From assembly GCA_000002445.1 (NCBI GenBank), contig CH464491.1:3328001-3392000 (forward strand): a stretch of 64,000 nt of DNA. Reading direction: 5' to 3'. The first letter of the stretch is position 1. Each line of letters begins with the position of its first letter. Under the pieces are notes generated by a model that was given only the letters and a program-made list of their open reading frames with translations, did no database searches and was not told the DNA's origin. Source of the DNA: Trypanosoma brucei. Lineage: Eukaryota. Position numbers and translations under genes: made by a program. Of this stretch, positions 55,614 to 64,000 are shown in pieces.

Positions 55614-56321
55614 CTAGTTCTTACGGCGCGTAACATGGTCGTATATTGTCACCTGCACGTATTCGGGGCTGTGAATGACCAGTCGGTTGCTGTTGTCTCC
55701 GGGCGTGGGGGCGCGTGGGTCAACGTTGATGGTCTTCCTATCGCGCTTGTGCTTCATTAAGAGCCCAATCTCGTTATCGGCGAGAACCTGAAACGTCACA
55801 CTATTATTGAAAAACAGCGTGTGGGTCTTCCAGTTGTAATAGCTCAAATCTGTACGGCGGGGGGTGAGGCGCTTGCGGCGGTGGAAGTAGTCGGAGAAGT
55901 CCTCCGTTTTGAGCCGGTGGCCATAATCGATGTAGGCGGACACCTCCTGCCCCCGCACAACGTCACGAAGGAATATAATAGTTGATAACTTCCCTGCCCG
56001 CACCAACTCCTCCCGTCGGGCCAGTGCACTCAATAGCGGCGAGTCGTCAAACTGCAGACCAGCGCTGCAAACCACATCCACTTCCTCTTCCCACTTCGAC
56101 GGACCCTCGAGAACAATGAGGCGAGCTGCCTCAAACTCCTCGCGGCTGAGGAAGTTCTTCCCCTTGTAGCCCAACTCCACGATCTGCCGTGCCGCTTCCT
56201 GGTCGCCAAGATAAAAAAGGTCCTCCTGCGTCACCTGTTGGTCCAAGTACTCCTCGTACGTCGCGAAGTCTAGTACATTGCGATCAAAGAAGTCGTTTTC
56301 AGCTGGAGCTGCGTTGCTCAT
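55614..56321 (-). CDS. hypothetical protein (235 aa)
   Basis: The ATG at 56319-56321 was verified. The track ORF extends upstream through translated poly(A) (KKKKK), which is not credible coding sequence. I recognise no family. Confidence 0.45.
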   Translation of the reverse strand: MSNAAPAENDFFDRNVLDFATYEEYLDQQVTQEDLFYLGDQEAARQIVELGYKGKNFLSREEFEAARLIVLEGPSKWEEEVDVVCSAGLQFDDSPLLSALARREELVRAGKLSTIIFLRDVVRGQEVSAYIDYGHRLKTEDFSDYFHRRKRLTPRRTDLSYYNWKTHTLFFNNSVTFQVLADNEIGLLMKHKRDRKTINVDPRAPTPGDNSNRLVIHSPEYVQVTIYDHVTRRKN

Positions 56322-57349
56322 TGCTAAACTATTTAAGCAAGACTTCAAAGAGTAATTTGGGGGGAAAAGTGAATCGTTTTTCTTTTTTTTTTTTAGCATT
56401 CTAAGGACGTATGTGCCGTAACCCCCCCCCCTCTTTCTTAACCTCCCAAACTCGTCTACCACTCCCCTCATGTGCGTATCTGTGTGCGCGCGCCTGATCA
56501 AAAAGTCTGCAAGTACTCGCATTGAGCGAGTAAATACAAGCACTAGCTGATGGAAAATAATAGTGGGAAGAATAAGTGAAATGAACCGGGGATACGGCAC
56601 CACCGGGTGGTAGACAATGCAAAAGGGAAATTAGAATCGAACCAACGATACCACAAAATGGCGTGTACGCTAAGATATATTTCTTTCCTTGTCATGCCAT
56701 GCCATGTACAAAATACAAGTCGTATCTATAAACTCTATCCTTCATAGTCTCCTCTCCTAACAACGCCCCTAGGCAGAGATTATGACTTCACCCCTTCACC
56801 AACACACACACACTAATCCTGTTCTCTGATTCTCTGACGACCGCCCACACTTAAGGAAACGTACGATATATTATTGGATGTATCGGGGTATGTATTTATC
56901 CACCTGTGACTACGCGCGTGCGCCCCCTCCTACGCCTAACGCAGGGCAACTACCACACGTGTGTTATTGTTATATAGTGCCACATACACACACACATCTC
57001 CCATGCAACTTTAAAAAAAAAAAAAAACAATGCCCAAGCACTCAAGTTTTGGAGAGCATGTAACAATAGCGGCCCTAAAAAGAGGGAGACACCAAAAACG
57101 CCATCACTTCCCCTTTCAGAAGCCGTTTTGTAAACCTCAGGCGCGCTAGGCCTCCTCCAGCGGAGGCGGCATTTCATTTACTTCATGGCGCGGAGCCAAC
57201 AACAACAATATTATTACACGCGGCACTGTGGAATAGACACGCACTCAAAAGGAAGAAAAGAGGTAGCGAAGGGAGGGAAACGTCTCCCTGCAACTGCGGT
57301 CCCCTGTTATCCCTCCAGAAACTACCGTATCCCTTTCCCGCTCCACCCT

Positions 57350-57395
57350 TCCCCCCCCCCCCACACACACACACAACAAAACAAAACAAAACAAA
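57350..57395. repeat. poly(C) run, then (CA)n, then (ACAAA)n compound low-complexity tract
   Basis: Visible in the sequence. Confidence 0.9.
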
Positions 57396-58058
57396 AAGGG
57401 AAAGCAGACCCGAAAAGAGAAAGAAGAGGGCTTCGACCAGTCCAACCTGACAGGTAGTGAAGTACAAATCACAAGAAAGTGATGAGTACGCCACCTCAGC
57501 ACGTGTACAATCCGTTTCCCTCTTCTTTCTACTTATCTGTAGCATGCGGTAACAACTCACTGCACGCGTGCAAATTTGCCTACAGCTAAACAACCCGAAG
57601 CAGTGGCCGCATCCTTCAACGACCACACGCATAACGTCACCACTGGAACGCGCTGAAATAATAAATAAATCAAAGCGAAGGACGGCCCCGATCCACCCAC
57701 CTTATGGAGCGCGGAACCGCGCAACCGGGCGGAAGCGGAACTTGAAGAAAGAGGGAAGGTAAAGAAGGAAACGATATATCGTGCGATGTCGCGTGGTGTA
57801 AAAACGACGGGAAGAGGTTAGGCAAAAGATAGGGAGATAACGCGAAATTTTATTCTCACAAAGTAAGTTAATAAATAACAACGGCAACTACATATATATA
57901 TATTAAACCAGTTAATTAACCAAACTCCCCATCAGGTGCATAAAACTGGCTAATAAATAAACACAAATTTTTCGATTCCTCCTCAACCATCATCAAACAC
58001 CACATACACAAACACGCACCCGATCCCCCATCGGCCGCAAGGTTGGTGTGGGTAATTC

Positions 58059-58082
58059 CACACACACACACACACACACACA
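58059..58082. repeat. (CA)n microsatellite
   Basis: Visible in the sequence. Confidence 0.95.
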
Positions 58083-58309
58083 TCCTCTAATGATGGCACC
58101 AGTGACATAACTTCCACTAAAGGAAAGCAGTCCACGGAGGAAAACCCCCTGTTACTCTCATAGATCGCAACCCTCCACAACAAAATACATTATTCTCCTC
58201 CCTCAACAGTGAACAAACCTTCTTCGTCAATTCACCCTTGGCACCTGGACGTTTCTATAAAAAAAAAAAAATACACACACCCGATCTGATGCCTTGGTGT
58301 CAAGCCCCA

Positions 58310-60517
58310 CTAAACAATGCCTGCAATGCGCTTGTAGAGCCGGGGAAGCCACCACCACATTCCAACTAGAAGCTGCAATGCCAAAGCCACAGAGCTAAAA
58401 ACTAACACAACAAACATCACTGCCCACCCGCGTCTGTCCGCGGTACCGTCACCAGAGTCATTGCCGTTACCACGGACAGCTGCTAGCCACGCGGTGAGCC
58501 CCAGTATTAGTGCTACGCAACTCGAACAAACGGCAGTCACTAGAAGCACAGGAAGCACAGTTGTGAACAGAGCAGCGGTGGGTCTGACAGTGGCCTTCCC
58601 AAAGTTGTCCCGAACCACAGTGCGGCTCAGAAAGACAGCTCCCAATGACCGTAGCAAACCCCCCACCGCGATGGCGAATGAAAACGCACAGACAGCGGCA
58701 AGGGTGGCTGTGAGTTGTTTACCGTCAAAAAAAAATGCGACTATTAGTACCATAGCAGCAGTGGCAGGCCCGAGTTCCACAAAACGTACAAATGGGCCCA
58801 TACTTGGCACAAGACACAGCAACAACAGTGCTAACGTTGACAGGAGCAACACCACAACAGGACTGATCGCAATACCGTTAGGCCAATTTCCGCTGCCATC
58901 GACAACTGGGATGTCAGTCGCTTTGAAGTGGAGACTATCTAACACCGGCAGCGTCACTAACTCAGAGTCCACAGTAAGAAGAGATACCACTGCGACAAGG
59001 CACCCACAAGCCACACTGCGGATAAAGAACGACGGATCAAGACGCCCCAAACACGAAAGGAAGTTTGTGACATAATGAGATTTACCGCACGAACATGGTC
59101 CAGGCTGCAACATGGATGGAGGTAGTAGTAAGCAAATGCCGATAGCAAGGGAAAATGACACCAATGCGAGAACGGTATGTATGATAGCAGTATAACCCGC
59201 AGCAGCAGTAGTGGCAAATGCCGGAAGAACCCCAAAAGCCACCAGACGAGACATCAACCATGCTAGGCATACCGAGAGCGCTAGAAACGGAGGTCCAGCA
59301 ACATATCCCACATCAGCACAGGTAAACAGCAACAAAGATGCAAATGAACCAACGAAACTGGCTGCCTGAACAAGTTCTCGTACAACAAAAGAGGTAGTGA
59401 CATTCAAAAGGACACCATAAAGCAGACGGAAGTCGTCCACTACCAACATGGCTGTTGAAACGAGTAACACGACGTGAGGAACTTCCCACACACCACGAAA
59501 ACAAAACACAACTAACAGCGAAGAAACTGCGATTGCATGAAACGACATGAGCTTCAGCATCATGCACTTCCCACCTAAAAGATTATCCACAAACGGATTC
59601 GTCTTAAAAACATTGTATGATTCATGGTGTAACATTAGCATGCTGATAATAAAAACGGCAAACACATGCACCACTGCACGCCTCAATCCAAATGAAGAAT
59701 TCGATTCAGAAACCAAAGCTTCGGGGACAAAAACATCGCTTGGACTACCCTGAATCAAATGAACCTCACTGCCACAAAACAAGCACCTAAACACATCACC
59801 ATCAACGAAGACGGGAAATTCCTCACTACAGTAAGAATCCCATCTGCCAGCAGCGACAAGTGGTTCGTCAACAAAACGTTCTGCAGTAACGCTATGCAAT
59901 CCATCGAGAGTACCGTAGGTCCTTTCCAATATCGAACTATCACCGTTCCCACCGAAAGGCCCTCTTCCTGCACCCAACAGCGGTTCTTGATCACCACAGT
60001 CAGCAACACAGCGGTCTCCTGTCGCCACTAATTTAGAAGAACGTAGACCACTAACAGACCTACGCACATCAGTTACCGCACTGACAACTCCAACACACCC
60101 ACAATGAAAACTATCAACCTTTTCCTTAAGCGGCACATCTCGATCCACCCCAACACAAACAGATGGCTGCATCGACAAAACTCCGTATTCAATCTCTTTA
60201 CTACCGCTTGAAAATGTACCCGCAGTAGTGAAGCGGGACATACTATGCGATGAAGAGCGTGCTGAAAATATTGTTGCGCCCCTTCGGAAATCCCTTCCAG
60301 TAGAGTGCCGTGCTAAATACTCCTCATTTTCAATCACCGCTCTACTGGTAGTTTCAGTCTTCACAAATAAATTCACACAAGAAACAGACACAACGTCATC
60401 ATCGCTATCCATCAAAATATCTCGAACGTGCTCCACAAGACTCGCACCGTCACTTGCAGCAAGGCCGTGGTCCGACCCATCTACCTCTTGGCTGCCGAAC
60501 CACGTTTTACTCTCCAT
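58310..60517 (-). CDS. polytopic membrane protein (735 aa)
   Basis: The ATG at 60515-60517 was verified; the track start at 60520 is a GTG. The N-terminal ~280 aa are hydrophilic. They are followed by at least 10 hydrophobic helix-length segments, for example AVVHVFAVFIISMLML, LMSFHAIAVSSLLVVFCF and VLVFSSVALALQLLVGMWWW. Confidence 0.55.
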   Translation of the reverse strand: MESKTWFGSQEVDGSDHGLAASDGASLVEHVRDILMDSDDDVVSVSCVNLFVKTETTSRAVIENEEYLARHSTGRDFRRGATIFSARSSSHSMSRFTTAGTFSSGSKEIEYGVLSMQPSVCVGVDRDVPLKEKVDSFHCGCVGVVSAVTDVRRSVSGLRSSKLVATGDRCVADCGDQEPLLGAGRGPFGGNGDSSILERTYGTLDGLHSVTAERFVDEPLVAAGRWDSYCSEEFPVFVDGDVFRCLFCGSEVHLIQGSPSDVFVPEALVSESNSSFGLRRAVVHVFAVFIISMLMLHHESYNVFKTNPFVDNLLGGKCMMLKLMSFHAIAVSSLLVVFCFRGVWEVPHVVLLVSTAMLVVDDFRLLYGVLLNVTTSFVVRELVQAASFVGSFASLLLFTCADVGYVAGPPFLALSVCLAWLMSRLVAFGVLPAFATTAAAGYTAIIHTVLALVSFSLAIGICLLLPPSMLQPGPCSCGKSHYVTNFLSCLGRLDPSFFIRSVACGCLVAVVSLLTVDSELVTLPVLDSLHFKATDIPVVDGSGNWPNGIAISPVVVLLLSTLALLLLCLVPSMGPFVRFVELGPATAAMVLIVAFFFDGKQLTATLAAVCAFSFAIAVGGLLRSLGAVFLSRTVVRDNFGKATVRPTAALFTTVLPVLLVTAVCSSCVALILGLTAWLAAVRGNGNDSGDGTADRRGWAVMFVVLVFSSVALALQLLVGMWWWLPRLYKRIAGIV

Positions 60518-61193
60518 CACCTCACCGGAAATTCAACCACTGATGTTGATATTGACTCGGAGAGGTCAGCACACAGCTATTACCGGTGCCTTCTTATCCT
60601 TTCCTATCCAGAACCCAAAACGCCCCCACCTCTTTTTCACTAATCCTTGCTCGTTACTATGACTACGCTGCACAAAGAAATACCGTTTGCAAGCCTGACA
60701 AATGGGGAAAAGGGCTACAGAGTGGAGCACTACAGTGGAAAATACGTGTGCGGTATAAGCACACAGCGACAGGAAGACACAACAGCCTCGGTCAGTTCGT
60801 TACAAACCCCAGAAGCTCAGAGATGCGGTACCTTCATACCCAACAGGTATGCACAAGGCAGCAACATACAGAAACGAGTTGAAGAAAGGAAAAAAGGAAA
60901 AAAGGAAAAAAGTAAGCAAACAATTACATACTTGGGAAGTGCTATGCCTCTTCAAAATACAGAAACGTGCTCGGCGCACCACCAATATCATATTAGACAA
61001 GAATGCCGTGCAGCGCCGGCCGCAACGCTCCAAATCACTTTAACGTCCACACAACGAAATACCGGAATGACGCTGAAAATGGTAGTAGCGCTTGGAGCGA
61101 AGCGCCCACCTACGCTATTTCCCGAAAACAAGCACAAATACAGGCAGTAATCTGCAATAGCTCAATGAAGGCGGTAAAGCACATGAGATACAG

Positions 61194-64000
61194 CTAACGG
61201 AGTTCGTAACGGCCAAACATAATCGATCCAACAGCAAGGACGAGCATCCCCACCGCAGAGGCTGAGAACGCAGCAGCCTCCTTCCACTCGGATATACCTC
61301 CCTCCTGCACGTACGCTGCAGCAACAGCGGGAGAGCAGCGCTGCAGCGCAGCAAGCATTGCCTCATGCCGATTCTGGCGCTGCTTGTGCATGTCGTCCAA
61401 AAGTTTCCGCACGTTGAATAACATTAAACGCACCCTGTCTTGCATCTGTTGAAGAAGGTCATTCGGGGCGGAAACTCCACTCGACAGGACCCGTGACTCA
61501 CCCGAACCTTCGCAGTGCTCGTGGCGCGGTGACACCATCAAACAATCCAGCTCCTCCCCGACCGCGTCGATTCGGGCTTGCAGTAAACGAAGATTCTCAT
61601 CTTGCCGTTTCCATGTCCCCTCAGCCCTCATTACACGGCGCTTATAATCACTTGCAGCAGCCTGCAGCTCTGTGCGCGCCCCATAGTTATCCCCTGAGTC
61701 GCTGTGCCTCTCAGCTAGTTGCATCACACGCTTGAAATGCCGAGCCTCCTTTATGCACGGAGCGATCTGTGAAACAACCTTGCCACAGCGCTGAATATCC
61801 CTTTCGATTGCCTTAATCTTCCTCAGTAGCAGCACGATTGGAGCACCCAGCGATTGCAGAGCAGAGATGTTATAGCTTTCCGCATTCTCCCCGGCACCCT
61901 CATCCGAGTTCGTTGTATGACAAAATTCACCATCCACCGCACGTTTGCTCCGTCTCCTCCGCTGGGAGGGTCGGTCATGAAGAACAGTGCCAAGTTCAGA
62001 ATGTCCGTGAACAGCACAGTCAAACTCAAAATAATCTTCCGCCAGTCCGCTCTCAGCACCCACGACAGATGTATCATAGGAACTATCAAGGGCATCCTCC
62101 AAACTACATGACCCCTCACCTTCTGAAAAATTAGCAAGCTTTGCCTGCGCAAAATCAACGTCAACAGAACAAGATTTTTCGTTCGGGGAACATGTGAGCT
62201 TTACCACATTTTTCGAAATGTCCCTCCCTGCATTTATTTCATTCAACTGCTTCATTAGTACAGCGTTTTCTTCCTTGAGTTTTCCAAGTTCAGTATGAAA
62301 AGGGTCACTAAACTTGGCACCACCCTCCATTTCATTAAGGTTTTCAGGCGCCTCTTTCGAATAATGCTCCTCAGCAAGTTGCTTTTTCAGTTCCTTCTCC
62401 AGTGCTGCCTTAGAACCAGCCACATCACTCAGTTGCTTCCTCAGTTCCCTCAGTTCCTTCTCGAGTGATGATTTGGAACCAGCCACATCACTCAGTTGCT
62501 TCCTCAGTTCCTTCAGTTCCTTCTCGAGTGATGATTTGGAATCAGCCACATCACTCAGTTGCTTCCTCAGTTCCCTCAGTTCCTTCTCGAGTGATGATTT
62601 GGAATCAGCCACATCACTCGGTTGCTTCCTCAGTTCCTTCAGTTCCTTCTCGAGTGATGATTTGGAACCAGCCACATCACTCAGTTGCTTCCTCAGTTCC
62701 TTCAGTTCCTTCTCGAGTGATGATTTGGAATCAGCCACATCACTCGGTTGCTTCCTCAGTTCCTTCAGTTCCTTCTCGAGTGATGATTTGGAACCAGTCA
62801 CATCACTCAGTTGCTTCCTCAGTTCCTTCAGTTCCTTCTCGAGTGATGATTTGGAACCAGTCACATCACTCAGTTGCTTCCTCAGTTCCTTCAGTTCCTT
62901 CTCGAGTGATGATTTGGAACCAGTCACATCACTCAGTTGCTTCTTCAGTTCCTTCAGTTCCTTCTCGAGTGATGATTTGGAACCAGCCACATCACTCAGT
63001 TGCTTCCTCAGTTCCTTCAGTTCCTTCTCGAGTGATGATTTGGAATCAGCCACATCACTCAGTTGCTTCCCCAGTTCCTTCTCGAGTGATGATTTGGAAT
63101 CAGCCACATCACTCAGTTGCTTCCTCAGTTCCTTCAGTTCCTTCTCGAGTGATGATTTGGAACCAGTCACATCACTCAGTTGCTTCCTCAGTTCCTTCAG
63201 TTCCTTCTCGAGTGATGATTTGGAACCAGCCACATCACTCGGTTGCTTCCCCAGTTCCTTCTCGAGTGATGATTTGGAACCAGTCACATCACTCAGTTGC
63301 TTCCTCAGTTCCTTCAGTTCCTTCTCGAGTGATGATTTGGAACCAGTCACATCACTCAGTTGCTTCCCCAGTTCCTTCAGTTCCTTCTCGAGTGATGATT
63401 TGGAACCAGCCACATCACTCAGTTGCTTCCTCAGTTCCTTCAGTTCCTTCTCGAGTGATGATTTGGAATCAGCCACATCACTCAGTTGCTTCCCCAGCTC
63501 CTTCTCGAGTGATGATTTGGAACCAGCCACATCACATAGTTGCTTCCTCAGCTCCTTCAGCTCCTTCTCGAGTGATGATTTGGAACCAGTCACATCACTC
63601 AGTTGCTTCCTCAGTTCCTTCTCCAGTGCTGCCTTAGAACCAGCCACATCACTCAGTTGCTTCCTCAGCTCCTTCAGCTCCTTCTCGAGTGATGATTTGG
63701 AACCAGTCACATCACTCAGTTGCTTCCTCAGTTCCTTCAGTTCCTTCTCCAGTGCTGCCTTAGAACCAGCCACATCACTCAGTTGCTTCCTCAGCTCCTT
63801 CAGCTCCTTCTCGAGTGATGATTTGGAATCAGCCACATCACTCAGTTGCTTCCTCAGCTCCTTCAGCTCCTTCTCGAGTGATGATTTGGAATCAGCCACA
63901 TCACTCGGTTGCTTCTTCAGCTCTCTCTCTATCAATGTATTAGAATCATTCACAGCACCTAGCTGCTTTTTTGTTTCCTTCAGTTCGTTTTCTATTAGAA
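61194..64000 (-). CDS. repetitive coiled-coil protein with 21-aa (63-bp) tandem repeats and a C-terminal hydrophobic tail; 5' end beyond the window
   Basis: The reading frame is open to the window edge, and the track's M at 63953 is a GTG. There are about 25 units of SSLEKELKELRKQLSDV(A/T)(G/D)SK(S/A), some shortened to 17 aa. A unique ~380-aa C-terminal region ends in AVGMLVLAVGSIMFG, which looks like a tail-anchor. Confidence 0.7.
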   Translation of the reverse strand, partial: LIENELKETKKQLGAVNDSNTLIERELKKQPSDVADSKSSLEKELKELRKQLSDVADSKSSLEKELKELRKQLSDVAGSKAALEKELKELRKQLSDVTGSKSSLEKELKELRKQLSDVAGSKAALEKELRKQLSDVTGSKSSLEKELKELRKQLCDVAGSKSSLEKELGKQLSDVADSKSSLEKELKELRKQLSDVAGSKSSLEKELKELGKQLSDVTGSKSSLEKELKELRKQLSDVTGSKSSLEKELGKQPSDVAGSKSSLEKELKELRKQLSDVTGSKSSLEKELKELRKQLSDVADSKSSLEKELGKQLSDVADSKSSLEKELKELRKQLSDVAGSKSSLEKELKELKKQLSDVTGSKSSLEKELKELRKQLSDVTGSKSSLEKELKELRKQLSDVTGSKSSLEKELKELRKQPSDVADSKSSLEKELKELRKQLSDVAGSKSSLEKELKELRKQPSDVADSKSSLEKELRELRKQLSDVADSKSSLEKELKELRKQLSDVAGSKSSLEKELRELRKQLSDVAGSKAALEKELKKQLAEEHYSKEAPENLNEMEGGAKFSDPFHTELGKLKEENAVLMKQLNEINAGRDISKNVVKLTCSPNEKSCSVDVDFAQAKLANFSEGEGSCSLEDALDSSYDTSVVGAESGLAEDYFEFDCAVHGHSELGTVLHDRPSQRRRRSKRAVDGEFCHTTNSDEGAGENAESYNISALQSLGAPIVLLLRKIKAIERDIQRCGKVVSQIAPCIKEARHFKRVMQLAERHSDSGDNYGARTELQAAASDYKRRVMRAEGTWKRQDENLRLLQARIDAVGEELDCLMVSPRHEHCEGSGESRVLSSGVSAPNDLLQQMQDRVRLMLFNVRKLLDDMHKQRQNRHEAMLAALQRCSPAVAAAYVQEGGISEWKEAAAFSASAVGMLVLAVGSIMFGRYELR
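62375..64000 (-). repeat. 63-bp tandem repeat array (coding), with 51-bp unit variants
   Basis: The plus-strand unit is cttcctcagttccttcagttccttctcgagtgatgatttggaaccagccacatcactcagttg, repeated head to tail. Confidence 0.9.

Noticed and set aside
57925-57995. Candidate box C/D snoRNA (UGAUGA ... CUGA, ~65 nt apart) on the minus strand
   Set aside because: There is no 5'/3' terminal stem, and I cannot test guide complementarity to rRNA. Such a box spacing occurs by chance in 2 kb.
62465-63637. 390-aa plus-strand ORF (MMIWNQPHHSVASSVPSVPSRV... repeats)
   Set aside because: It is the antisense reading of the 63-bp coding repeat, open only because the repeat lacks stops in that frame.
1-64000. 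Prokaryote-style features (CRISPR arrays, operons, Shine-Dalgarno sites, rho-independent terminators, IS elements)
   Set aside because: Gene content (CPSF30, UBR-box ligase, prefoldin, GPI-anchored surface protein) and organisation (long same-strand gene arrays, polypyrimidine-AG tracts upstream of ATGs) are kinetoplastid. The tandem repeats are gene arrays and coding minisatellites, not CRISPR.

Overview
This window is eukaryotic nuclear DNA organised like a kinetoplastid genome: intron-less genes packed into directional polycistronic arrays. I infer the organism and locus from the gene order RNR2 – ACBP-domain protein – giant ORF – oligopeptidase B, the 715-aa OPB, the 337-aa R2 and GC near 50%. 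These point to an African trypanosome, most likely the Trypanosoma brucei group, at a chromosome-11-like locus. This is inference from memory, not a database hit.

Layout:
- A plus-strand gene cluster spans ~155-8957: TYW3, prefoldin beta subunit, two hypothetical genes, a 3-kb ORF-poor stretch, then a GPI-anchored VSG/ESAG-like surface protein gene.
- A convergent strand-switch region lies at ~8958-10579.
- From 10580 to the window end every credible gene is on the minus strand: two paralogous hypothetical genes, CPSF30, a UBR-box E3 ligase, the RNR2 array, a protein with a C-terminal ACBP domain, an 11.9-kb giant ORF, oligopeptidase B, a polytopic membrane protein, and a 63-bp-repeat coiled-coil protein that runs off the window.
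- The RNR2 array is a head-to-tail tandem of at least five ribonucleotide reductase small-subunit genes with a ~1.8-kb period, interrupted by a 100-N assembly gap.

Notes on method:
- The ORF track uses GTG/TTG as starts in several places, so I re-derived start codons as the first in-frame ATG wherever I checked the base.
- There are no prokaryotic features (CRISPR, operons, rho-independent terminators).
- The points worth a second look are the internal structure of the RNR2 array (alternating spacer types, a mosaic edge copy, the gap), the surface-protein gene isolated next to the convergent strand-switch region, the local paralog pair sharing two motifs, the unusual C-terminal ACBP fusion, and the repeat protein.
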